Shown here in pieces: positions 37,035 to 64,000 of a stretch of DNA of 64,000 nucleotides. Origin of the DNA: Macrostomum lignano (lineage: Eukaryota). The DNA lies in assembly GCA_002269645.1 (NCBI GenBank), contig NIVC01001289.1:43286-107285 (forward strand), written 5' to 3'. A program made the translations under genes and the position numbers. The notes beneath the pieces are model-generated. The model searched no databases and was not told where the DNA came from. It saw nothing but the letters and a program-made list of their open reading frames with translations. Within the stretch, counting starts at the first letter, position 1. Every line of letters begins with the position of its first letter.

Positions 37035-37445
37035 CTCTTCTCTTCTCTCCTCTCCTCTCCTCTTTCCTCTCTCCTCTCCTCTCTTCTCTCCTCTCCTCTC
37101 CTCTTTCCTCTCTCCTCTCCTCATTTTCCTCTTCTCTCTCTCTCCTCTCCTCTCTCCTCTCTCCTCTCCTCTCCTCTCTCCTCTCCTCTCTCCTCTCCTC
37201 TCCTCTCTCCTCTCCTCTCCTCATTTTCCTCTTCTCTCTCTCTCCTCTCCTCTCTCCTCTCCTCTCCTCTCCTCTCTCCTCTCCTCTCCTCATTTTCCTC
37301 TTCTCTCTCTCTCCTCTCCTCTCTCCTCTCCTCTCCTCTCCTCTCTCCTCTCCTCTCCTCTCTTCTCTCCTCTCCTCTCTTCTCTCCTCTCCTCTCTTCT
37401 CTCCTCTCCTCATTTTCCTCTTCTTTCTCTCTCCTCTCCTCTCTC
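37035..37445. repeat. CT-rich simple repeat ((CTCTC)n-like)
   Basis: Polypyrimidine tract; source of the Glu/Arg-rich ORFs. Confidence 0.9.
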
Positions 37446-38149
37446 TTAATTGGCCCGCACCAATTAGCTATGCTCTTTTTCTTGTCCTTGAGGTGAAAAA
37501 GAAAACTTTTCCAACATCTTGTCAAGATTTTGATCGAATTCCAACTCAATTCTTTCTAAGTTGACACGCGCTAGCTAAAAACAGCTTTAGCTAGCAGCTC
37601 AGATGTGCCGTGTGCATTTTATTTGAGAAATCTGATATCTCACTACGCCACTGCTACTCGTCAACAATTACACGGCCTGTTACTAACTTTCGTTTTCCAC
37701 TCTAATATGGGTAATTGTAGTCTTTGTCAAAAGATGTTTGCTTTATCTTAGTAATTACGGGACCGAATAGCTCTTCGAACAAAAACGAGTTCGCTGCTAT
37801 TGTAGATTCGTCTGTTTGATGCGCCGATCTAAAAATATGCGCTAAAGATAATCCATCTTTGTTTTTTGGGACTCTTTTGAAGTAGGAACAATTGTTCTCA
37901 AGCCGCTTTCTGAGATCCTTTGCGTTTTTTTTGTTTAATTGGAGAGGAGGGCTTGCCGTTACTATGACACCCTATACTCTTGATCCCTGTGTAGTGCCCT
38001 GAGTCATCCATTGTTTGCCGGATGTTTAATTGTAGAGTCATTCTGATTCTGCCTCATCACTGAACTCTGTTGCTTTCAAGATTTAAGATGAAGGATATTA
38101 TCTTTTGTGTTGGATTAACTATCATTTCTAAATGTATTTCTGCATCCAA

Positions 38150-38640
38150 GATTGGCCAGATTAGCAATCCATTCTTTTTCAATTGACTTGTGATTGGCTA
38201 GATTAGCAATCCATTCTATTCCAATTGATCTGTGATTGGCTAGATTAGCAATCCATTCTATTCCAATTGATTTGTGATTGGCTAGATTAGCAATCCATTC
38301 TATTCCAATTGATTTGTGATTGGCTAGATTAGCAATCCATTCTATTCCAATTTACTGTGCTTGGCTAGATTAGCAATCCATTCTATTTCAATTTACTGTG
38401 ATTGGCTAGATTAGCAATCCATTTTATTCTAATTGATTTGTGATTGGCTAGATTAGCAATCCATTCTATTCCAATTGATTTGTGATTGGCTAGATTAGCA
38501 ATCCATTCTATTCCAATTGATTTGTGATTGGCTAGATTAGCAATCCATTCTATTCCAATTGATTTGTGATTGGCTAGATTAGCAATCCATTCTATTCCAA
38601 TTGATTTGTGATTGGCTAGATTAGCAATCCATTCTATCCT
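38150..38640. repeat. 42-bp minisatellite (GTGATTGGCTAGATTAGCAATCCATTCTATTCCAATTGATTT)
   Basis: Tandem copies immediately upstream of the TMEM234 coding start. Confidence 0.92.
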
Positions 38641-38769
38641 AATCGATCTCTGATATCTAAAAACTTCTATATTTGTGCTGTTTTAATATAGTGTCTTTTT
38701 GAATACCTTCATATCAATAATTCAATGAATCAATCAATGCTTTAATTTCCAGGTGATTGACAGTTAAGA

Positions 38770-40169
38770 ATGCTACTCCTCTGCGCAGCTGTTGGACTTG
38801 TCTGGGGCGTCACAAACGCCCTGATGAAGGCCAGCACAGCCGCTGATACAAGTGACAGCAAGGCTTGGAGCCTTGGAGCTCTGCTGCGCAATTGGAAGGT
38901 CTGTGTCGATATTAGAGCCGAGAAAATGAACGATTGACAATCAGTGACCAAAGTCTTAAACTAGATTCTATTTTTCTATCCGTAGTGTGTACGTATATGT
39001 ACACTACTGACGAAGCTATTAAAATTTCTAACCCTAAATGCACACTCTTTATGATTGACTGTGATAATTTCTCTTCTCCTGAGTGTACATACGGTACGCC
39101 AATTAATCCAACCATAAAAAGCCCTCTACCCCAATGTACACTCGCAGACAATCAATCCAAGCATAAAACCTCTCTACCCCCAATGTACACCCGAAGACAA
39201 TCAATCCAACCATGAAAACCCCTCTACCCCAATGTACACTCGCAGACAATCAATCTAACCATTAAAACCCCTCTACCCCCAATGTACACTCGCAGACAAT
39301 CAATCTAACCATTAAAACCCCTCTACCCCCAATGTACACTTGCAGACAATCAATCTAACCATTAAAACCTCTCTACCCCCAATGTACACTTGCAGACAAT
39401 CAATCTAACCATTAAAACCCCTCTACCCCCAATGTACACTTGCAGACAATCAATCTAACCATTAAAACCCCTCTACCCCAATGTACACTCATAAAAGCCT
39501 GGCCTTACTTTTCAACAATCCTTTCAATCCCGGCAGTATCTCACGGCTCTGGCAGCGAACCAGTCGGCCTCTCTGTTGTTTCTGTGGAGTCTCGCCGAGG
39601 CAAGTTTATCTATCGCCGTCCCTCTGTCCAATACGGTGACATTTTTGGCAACATCTCTGACTGGCTGGTTAATCAACGGAGAGAAACTTGCACCAACAAG
39701 TGAGAGACTGGCGATATTGCTCCGGGAATAATTTTGTGAAGAATTGTACCATTAAAATCGTTAAGTGGATCGAATGGATAGGGAGGGTAGGGAGAGAGTA
39801 GGGAGAAGATGAAAGAGTAGAATGCAAAGAAGCTAGATCAGAGTTTAGAATGCGAAGTACGAGTATATCAGAGAGTAGATAAAGTAGATCAGAGGGTACA
39901 TAAAAGAGTAGATAAAGAAGTAGATCAGAGAGTAGATAAAGAAGTAGATCAAAGAGTAAATAGCGTTACGGTAGTTAGAAGTAGACAGAAAAATGAATGC
40001 AGGGTACAGAGTTAATTTGGTGTAGTTTAACTTGTGAATATCTTGTAAATCAATCGCAATTGACCTACACAGTGAGCCTAAACTATCTTTTAAAAATCTA
40101 TTTTTACTTTCAGCGTTACTGGCAATGGCTCTGATGTCTGCAGGCATTTACCTGTGCGTAACCAGCTAA
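38770..40169 (+). CDS. TMEM234: TMEM234-like small multi-pass membrane protein (DMT/SMR superfamily), 3 exons, 115 aa
   Basis: Exons 38770-38898, 39537-39699, 40114-40169 (348 nt). Translation: MLLLCAAVGLVWGVTNALMK...LLRNWK|YLTALAANQSASLLFLWSLAEASLSIAVPLSNTVTFLAT...GEKLAPT|TLLAMALMSAGIYLCVTS*. WGxTN.L.K, NQS.S and AVP..N match TMEM234. Not present in the ORF track. Confidence 0.88.
39090..39490. repeat. ~50-bp minisatellite in TMEM234 intron 1
   Basis: (AATCAATCTAACCATTAAAACCCCTCTACCCCCAATGTACACTYGCAGAC)n. Confidence 0.9.
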
Positions 40170-40429
40170 AATATACAAATGAATTTGAAACTTCATTGTA
40201 GTTGTAACAATTACAACTACAGACATTTCAGACATTATTTATACTACTATGTTTTCTAATGCAAGTAGTACAATGTGTGTACAAGCAGTTTTTCTGTTTC
40301 AAAATATTTAAAATTTTGCTAAATACATTGTCATTAACTATCAACGGTTAGTTTCTATGCAATTAGAAAACAGAAACTTCTTTATAAACAAACTCGCTGT
40401 ATTAAAAAATGCTGGATTTTTTCACTGAT

Positions 40430-41540
40430 TGTGAATGGTCATCTGTGGTCACTGCGATTGTGAATGGTGATCTGTGGTGACTGTGATTATGAATGATGAG
40501 CTGGTCACTGTGTTTGTGAATGGTGATCTGTGGTCACTGTGTTTGTGAATGGTGATCTGTGGTCACTGTGATTGTGAATGGTGACCTGCGGTCACTGTGA
40601 TTGTGAATGGTGACTGGTGAGCGTCACTGTGTTTGTAAATAGTGATATGTGGTCACTGCGATTGTAAATGGTGATCTATGGTCACTGCGCTTGTGAATGG
40701 TGATCTATGGTCACTGTGTTTGTGAACGTTGATCTGTGGTCACTGTGTTTGTGAATAGTGATATGTGGTCACTGTGTTTGTGAATAGTGATATGTGGTCA
40801 CTGCGATTGTAAATGGTGATCTGTGGTCACTGTGTTTGTGAACGGTGATCTGTGGTCACTGCGTTTGTGAACGGTGATCTGTGGTCACTGTGATTATGAA
40901 TGATGAGCTGGTCACTGTGATTGTGAATGGTGATCTGTGGTCACTGTGATTGTGAATGGTGATCTGTGGTCACTGTGATTGTGAATGATGATCTGTGGTC
41001 ACTGTGATTGTGAATGGTGATCTGTGGTCACTGTGATTGTGAATGGTGATCTGTGGTCACTGTGATTGTGAATGGTGATCTGTGGTCACTGTGATTGTGA
41101 ATGGTGATCTGTGGTCACTGTGATTGTGAATGGTGATCTGTGGTCACTGTGATTGTGAATGGTGATCTGTGATCACTGTGATTGTGAATGGTGATCTGTG
41201 ATCACTGTGATTGTGAATGGTGATCTGTGGTCACTGTGATTGTGAATGGTGATCTGTGGTCACTGTGATTGTGAATGGTGATCTGTGATCACTGTGATTG
41301 TGAATGGTGATCTGTGGTCACTGTGATTGTGAATGGTGATCTGTGGTCACTGTGATTGTGAATGGTGATCTGTGGTCACTGTGATTGTGAATGGTGATCT
41401 GTGATCACTGTGATTGTGAATGGTGATCTGTGGTCACTGTGATTGTGAATGGTGATCTGTGATCACTGTGATTGTGAATTATGAGTTTTAAGCTCTTGTG
41501 ACTGTGAATGTTAACAATCTGTGGTCACTGTGATTGTGAA
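40430..41540. repeat. 29-bp minisatellite (GTGGTCACTGTGATTGTGAATGGTGATCT)
   Basis: Long array; homogeneous in the 3' half, more diverged in the 5' half. Confidence 0.93.
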
Positions 41541-42009
41541 CGTTGTTTTGGAATTGCTGTGATTTACTGAACAATAATCTTAAATATAGCTATGCGTTGT
41601 ATATCGTTTTAAACATCTGACATAAGTACAATATGTAAAGTGAACGTTTTTTAAGACGTTCACATTGCGAGATGGGCATTTCATCTTCTGACACAGAAGT
41701 GAAACCACTTCTCTCTCTCTTTTTCTCTCTCTCTCTCCCCCACTAAGGCTCTCGTTACGACGTAAAAAAGGACGATAAGATAGATTGTCTTTCCTGCACC
41801 CAGTTGTTTAAGCCTCTCACTGTGCATTTTTGTAATAAAAAATCTGCGCTCAGCCAAAGAGACCTCAGCCTCAGATGAGGGAAAGAAACAATGGCTAAGG
41901 CAAGAAGATAAAAAAATAAAAAGCTTGTCTGTCTGTCTTCTTTCCAAGTTTTAAAAAGTTTCGCCAAAGTGTTGCTGCTGTGCTTTACTTGCCTTACCGG
42001 CTCTGAAAA

Positions 42010-51006
<8,997 letters not shown>

Positions 51007-52975
51007 TTCTGGCAGTTGACTTACTTTAACAATACCGAGCACGGACCTGTACATAAACTATGTGGTGCTGCCACACCTGACTTTTGTTTTGTAAATTATT
51101 GAATGGGATATTTTATCGAAGCCTGCATAACATCATGCTATAAGAGTGTCCTATAGGTCAAGACTTTACGCTCGTGAGGTCTGCTTAATACCAATTGTAA
51201 GAAGCTTTTCCGAAGCTAACTTATAATTCTCTCGCCTCGATACTATATGCGACGACCTCGGAACTTCAGAAATTACACTTGGTTTCCTACCTAAATTTTT
51301 ATGGACATACGAGTACTTCCAATATAGTACTAAGAGTAAGAGAAACGGCGCAAGACTTATAAATATGTTTGGGTAAAAGGAAATATATATATACATTTGT
51401 ATTACTACTAGAATTAGCTAGGGAGGCTGGACAAACGAGAACGACAGCTTCTTGATTATCGTAAAAAATTACACCTGTACATCGATTTTTATAGAGCAAA
51501 ACCTATAGAGATTCGATTCTGTCGAGAATCTGTGACCATTTGTACCAAGTTAAGAGCTTGGGACCTTGCAAACGTACGCAGGCCATGTGACAAGGAAAAT
51601 CGTCAGTGAGCTTCCAAGTTATTTCAGATAAAGTTTTGAATCCGCCACTGTAAAAGTGGTGCGTTTTAAACTTTTCTAACTGTAATTAGCATCAGAACAC
51701 GTGCATTATTAACACATTTATGATTGACACAAGTATTTTTTAAACATTTTACGAGTATCATCAGGGTACCGAGAAGTAAAAAATTTGAACTTTTCTTCTC
51801 TGAAGCAGATTGTATTTTAGCATCAAGCAAAGATAAATTCGCGAAAAGAATAAACTCTTAATCAATCTCTGTATCTCTGTATAATCAATGCATTACTCAT
51901 AATCTGTGGGCGTGTAACCGTATTGATCAAAAGGCATGACAAAAATGTTTGCTGGTGAAGGCATAATGGATTCTACAATATAAAATAAACAAGCGCGGTG
52001 TGAATAATTATTTTCACTAGAGTTAACTACAAAATAAAGCTACGTTCAATATTATAACATATATTGTGACATACATGTATGATGACATTATATTGTACTC
52101 TATCCGTTTATATAAAGTTACCTCTTGCCATAAAAACATTTCATATTTTTTCACCTCCTGCCAAAGGCCATAAGAATTCGAGTTCAGTTGGAAGGTTCTC
52201 CTCGTGAAAATTAAGTTTATTAACTTCAACAAATATGTCAATTTCGAAAAATAATACATTGCTGCTTTACAAAAAGTCATACACATATAAATCGAAAAGA
52301 TAATGAGAGTTAAAAAATATTGAGCACATTAACCAGCAACAAAAGTTTTGAACCATTGTTTGCACAACAAGGACTGGCTTTTTAAGAAAAGAATATCACG
52401 GAAAAGAATACATTTGAAGCAGGGATCGCTGCAATATTTTGCTCATACGATAATTTATATGCAGTTGCGGCTGTACTTTTAAATCCCTCGATAACATTTT
52501 GGCCAACTTTGAACCCGTGCCTTTACAATAAATCAAGGGTCTAAGAATTATTAGAAGAATTACCATCATCAAAGATCGTCTTCCAGGCTAATTTTCTAAA
52601 GAACTCGCATTGTTACTGAAGCATTGCTTTGAGCCATCAAATCTTTTGACGTGTTAAGGCCAGAAGTTTTGAATTCATTTTAAATAAGTCTCTGACCCAA
52701 CTGTAAATTACTTCAGACATCTAATTGACTCCGCGGAGCTACATCACAAAAGTACAGAATGACGAGTAGTCACCTTGATTTGCGGCGGTGTTTAAAAGTA
52801 CACATTCAACTAACCCAGTCACAAAAAGATATATTGGTACTCAAAAATTAGGGACGGTTCGGCAATATGTAGAACTGCTTTTCCTACAATACAATGCATG
52901 CTGTATTAGAACAATTTTCAGAGTAAAGCAATGGATTTGCCCCCTCCCCCATTGCATAGCTGATCGCTCAGATCC

Positions 52976-60396
<7,421 letters not shown>

Positions 60397-62629
60397 TATT
60401 TCTAAACAGCTACTCAATATCCTTGTTTGATTAAAAACGAATTTTGCGTAGCGCGTATCTCAAAATTAGGGTTTAACCCCTCTGAAGCAATCTAGCTTTT
60501 AGTTAAATATTCAGAGACGCCTCTCTAAACTCTACATCTATGTTGTTTCTCTCTCTCTCTCTCCCTCAGTCTTTGCCTGTTTTCTTCAAGCACGACTACA
60601 ATAGCGTACTCAGGGCAGTGGCTTATTCTCTTTGGAAGCGATGAAGCCCCCCCCCCCCGGGTTGCGTGCCAGAGCCAACTTGGTTGGAAATGCACAGTAC
60701 CGAACAGAATAGCAGCACTTGGTTGCACCTTCTCGACTTTTTTTCTATTTCGCTCTCTCTACTCTATCTGTGCCTTTTGTCTGTCCACTTCGCGATAATA
60801 AGAAAGAAGCGCGGAAAAAAGTCTTCTCAAATATTTTTATAATTTTGCTAAGGGAGTATGTACTAGGCCAGAAAGCTACTTTTGCAAGAGGTTTATTAAA
60901 TTCGTAGCTTTATGATGCGGTCAATGCAATAAGATAAGCAAAATGTTTAGCTATGGGGAAGAGTATTGGACATCGAAAACATGATAAACCTAGGTATCCC
61001 AAATGCTATAGTATCCGGCCTTTCCATCCCGTAGCATATGGAGGGCAGGAATCAGAGACTTCGTGTCGAATGGGAGATGGACTGCGGGAGCCCAACAAAA
61101 ACTGACGCCGGCACAGGCCTTTGGTAACTGATCATACCCACCCGATTTAAAGGCATTTTCAACGTAGCGCTCGGGTCTGATGGTAAGGCTCTATACAGAC
61201 CGTTCCAGTTGCTGAGGTGCCTTTGCTGGCACTCTGCCATTTCCCACTCTAACTAGCTAGACAGGGGCCATGCTCTGATGATCGGGAGAGTTTGAGCTGA
61301 CTGGAAAGTAGCCTATAGCCGAATATGGGACTGATCTGCTTGGACGCTAATCGGGAGTCTGCTGCACTAACCAGAGTAATTTACACCCGGGGGTCTTTGG
61401 CGGCTATTACTGACGAAAACACCAGCGTGCTAGACTGCTAAGAGTAGTATGAGGGAACCTAGACTTTATGGTGTACAGATACTCAGTTCAAGAAGAGCCC
61501 CTGTAGCTCGTACCCATAGATTGCGATACTTCCGACCGGTCAAAGCTAGCGTATTGAGATATGCAGGTATTGAGTTGGGTTGAGAGCATAAAGTTCAATA
61601 TTTTCAAGTACAATTAAGAAATGTTAATTAAACAAATGACATAGTGCGTCGATATTGTGAAGCAATACAATGTAGGTCAAATGAACAAGATGTCAATGAA
61701 CAAAATGAACTGATTTTTTAAAGTTCTTAGCTACCAATTGTAGACCAAATATGGGTGAAACTAAAATAAGTTAAGTAAGAAGTTAAGAACCAGTGTGATA
61801 GGTTGGAGAAAATTGTTGTCAACCCGGATGCTTGTACCTGCTAGTTTGTCAGTTCGTTAGCTTTTTAGACTTCTTCAAATTTGTTGAAATTGGTTGGAAT
61901 TTGTTGAAATTTTGTTGAATTTGTTCAACAGCGAAGGTCACAAAGTTTGCAATCGGACTAAGGTTAAAAATTTTGCCAATATTGTAAAGTTTAACCTACC
62001 GTAAAGAGAGAGGAGAGGGAGAGAGAGAGAGACTACGACAACCTGGAGGCGGTTGATGAAGAGCTGACACGTGGATGATGCTGACACTTGATCAAATTGA
62101 TGCTCCAGTAGGACAGGACTCTACAGAAGGAATCGAGTCGGGAGCGATAGGCTCTGTGTCCGTGGTAGACAGCACTGATCGAGATCGAAGTCTGAGTGTT
62201 TCTGAGTGAAAAATCCCCCGTTTAAATAGAGTCCAAAGGCCGCTCACGTGATGCTTCTCGAGATCGTTGCCAAGAGGAGAGATGAGAGGAAAGATGAGAG
62301 AAGAGAGGAGAGGATAATAGAGAACAGAGAAGAAGGGAGAGAGTAGGTAAAAGAGTTGAGAAGAGACACAAACCTTGAGCGTGCCGGCTTGCTATTGTGA
62401 AGTTTTAAGGACCCGAGGGCCGGGGAAAGAGGATTTATCTATGTTACGAGCGTATTATTAAAGAAATCGGTATAAAGAGATGAGTATCAAAAAAGTCTAT
62501 AAAACTGATTTAAATTGTATTAACGAACCAGGGATCATACGTTCGTATATCGGGAAACTTCATAACTGATTTCACTATGTCTATGTGAGACCATAGCAAG
62601 TCTGGTTTCCCAGCAAGCCAGTCAGCCAG

Positions 62630-63088
62630 TCAGTCGGCGAGGGCGTCCATCGACCTCAGATATTTGCCCACTTCAATAGCCAGATAGAAAGCGAGAAAAA
62701 CCTTGTAGAAATTGAAAAGCACGCCCAGCCATGATACATAAACCAGCAGCAATAGTAGCGACTGAGCCAGAGGATCCATTGGCTCGTAGAGACCCCACAG
62801 CACCGACTGACATGCGGCATTGTGCAGCCTTGACAGCCAAACTGACTGATTGTTGTATCCGCAGCCTTGAGAACGCATCGGTTCGTGTTCCTCGCTAACG
62901 TGGTCATGTTCGTTCGAGTGTATGCTGCCAGAGGTGTGGCAGCAGGAGTCCGGCACTCGGTTGGGGCCAATCAGCCCGCGCCACTCCGCATGGTCGCTTT
63001 GATAGCCGCAGCCGTGGTGAACGACGTGCAAGTTGTCCAAAAACTCCGCAACCACGTGGGATTTATTGTACGAGCCGTACAGGGAAAT
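62630..63088 (-). CDS. Tetraspanin-like protein, last exon (large extracellular loop plus TM4)
   Basis: Acceptor at 63089. Translation ISLYGSYNKSHVVAEFLDNLHVVHHGCGY..EW..RVPDSCC...GC...AACQSVL..., then a TM helix and short tail. PxSCC and the terminal loop Cys are typical of tetraspanins. Confidence 0.72.
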   Translation of the reverse strand: MSLYGSYNKSHVVAEFLDNLHVVHHGCGYQSDHAEWRGLIGPNRVPDSCCHTSGSIHSNEHDHVSEEHEPMRSQGCGYNNQSVWLSRLHNAACQSVLWGLYEPMDPLAQSLLLLLVYVSWLGVLFNFYKVFLAFYLAIEVGKYLRSMDALAD

Positions 63089-63764
63089 CTGCAGTTAAGA
63101 TTTTAATATTTTATAATTTGTTAGTAACTATTTTTACCATTCATACGTATGAATCACGTCATATTTGGGATTTCTTCAAGGTCAACTCTCTCCTATTATT
63201 GTACTGCTCTTTACGATGCGTAGACGAGGGGGGGGGGAATGGCCGCATTTTGCCATAACATTTCATCGTGACCAGTGGATGTCAATCACTAATTAAGTTT
63301 CTCACTAATCAAGACATGTATGCTCCTTTTTACGCCTGGCCGTACAGCGATTCAATGTCGGCTACGTCAGCAGACGTTTCCTACGTTTATCGCCGTCGCT
63401 AACAAATTTACAGCATTTACTTTTACATTACATCGACGAATAACGACGTTATACGTCAGCTTAACGTCTGTGCGACGTAAAAGTACATATTTGTCAGCGA
63501 CGTTGACTGACGTCGAATTGATGTACGGGCTGTTACTTCAAATTTCGAAGCTCGGAATTTGCAAGGTTCCTTGAGCAAAATATCAGCACCCTCGCTGAAA
63601 CGGACGATATTATGATGATAGACCCTTACCTTAGACTCGTATCATCAGAAATCTCTAAAAAGTTGTCTTTAATTCGTCAACTTTAATTTGCTTTTGTTCA
63701 CTGCAAACTTGAAATAACATCATTTAGAAAGGGACAAGAAAAACAAAAGCAAACAAAAACATTA

Positions 63765-64000
63765 CCAGTTGATGTTGTAGAAAATATTTTGTCCGCATAT
63801 TGTTCTTAAAAATGAAAACGTCATGAAAATTGAGAAGCCGAACAAAGCACACTGGCAGATAAGGCTGCAGCTCCAAAGAATGCGATCGTTAGTGCAGCTG
63901 GCCACAAGTTGCAGCAGTCCAGTGGCTAAATAAACGTATGCAGCGACTTTCAGTATTGTTAATAATCTGGGATTCTCCGTGACGATTGGAAGATACTCAA
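63765..64000 (-). CDS. Probable upstream tetraspanin exon(s), hydrophobic TM2/TM3-like segment; frame unresolved, runs off the window
   Basis: One frame gives AAYVYLATGLLQLVASC...FGFSIFMTFSF; the phase-0 donor at ~63765 fits a different frame (FKNNMRTKYFLQHQL). Confidence 0.35.

Noticed and set aside
31880-41540. CRISPR-like appearance of the 41-, 42- and 29-bp arrays
   Set aside because: Units are contiguous with no unique spacers, there are no cas genes, and the context is eukaryotic.
61040-62220. Coding-looking sequence between receptor B and the tetraspanin
   Set aside because: Short frames, no recognisable motif and no consistent splice model.

Overview
Eukaryotic (animal) genomic DNA with spliceosomal GT-AG introns; many introns are filled with mini- and microsatellites. 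The style (poly-Ala/Gln transcription factor, intronic minisatellites, splice acceptors just upstream of start codons) suggests an invertebrate such as a free-living flatworm, but this is inference only. By manual splice-site and reading-frame reconstruction I find seven genes: an intronless M13 (neprilysin/ECE) peptidase whose third zinc ligand is changed Glu->Asn; a 9-exon NSUN7-like gene lacking the catalytic Cys; a 6-exon ARID3/dead ringer gene; a 3-exon TMEM234; two divergent, tail-to-tail ionotropic glutamate receptor-family genes with full N-terminal domains, altered gate motifs and non-glutamate-type binding pockets; and the 3' part of a tetraspanin with a CCG->GCG change. Mobile DNA includes an internally deleted IS630/Tc1-type element, a Tc1 fragment, a mariner-type MITE with TA duplication, a hAT-type element carrying a minisatellite, a 34-bp perfect-palindrome micro-element with an 8-bp duplication, and two tRNA-derived SINE families (one CORE-like). 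Most long ORFs in the supplied track are translations of tandem repeats. No CRISPR array, rRNA or true tRNA gene was seen. All homology calls are from motif recognition by eye, not database searches.
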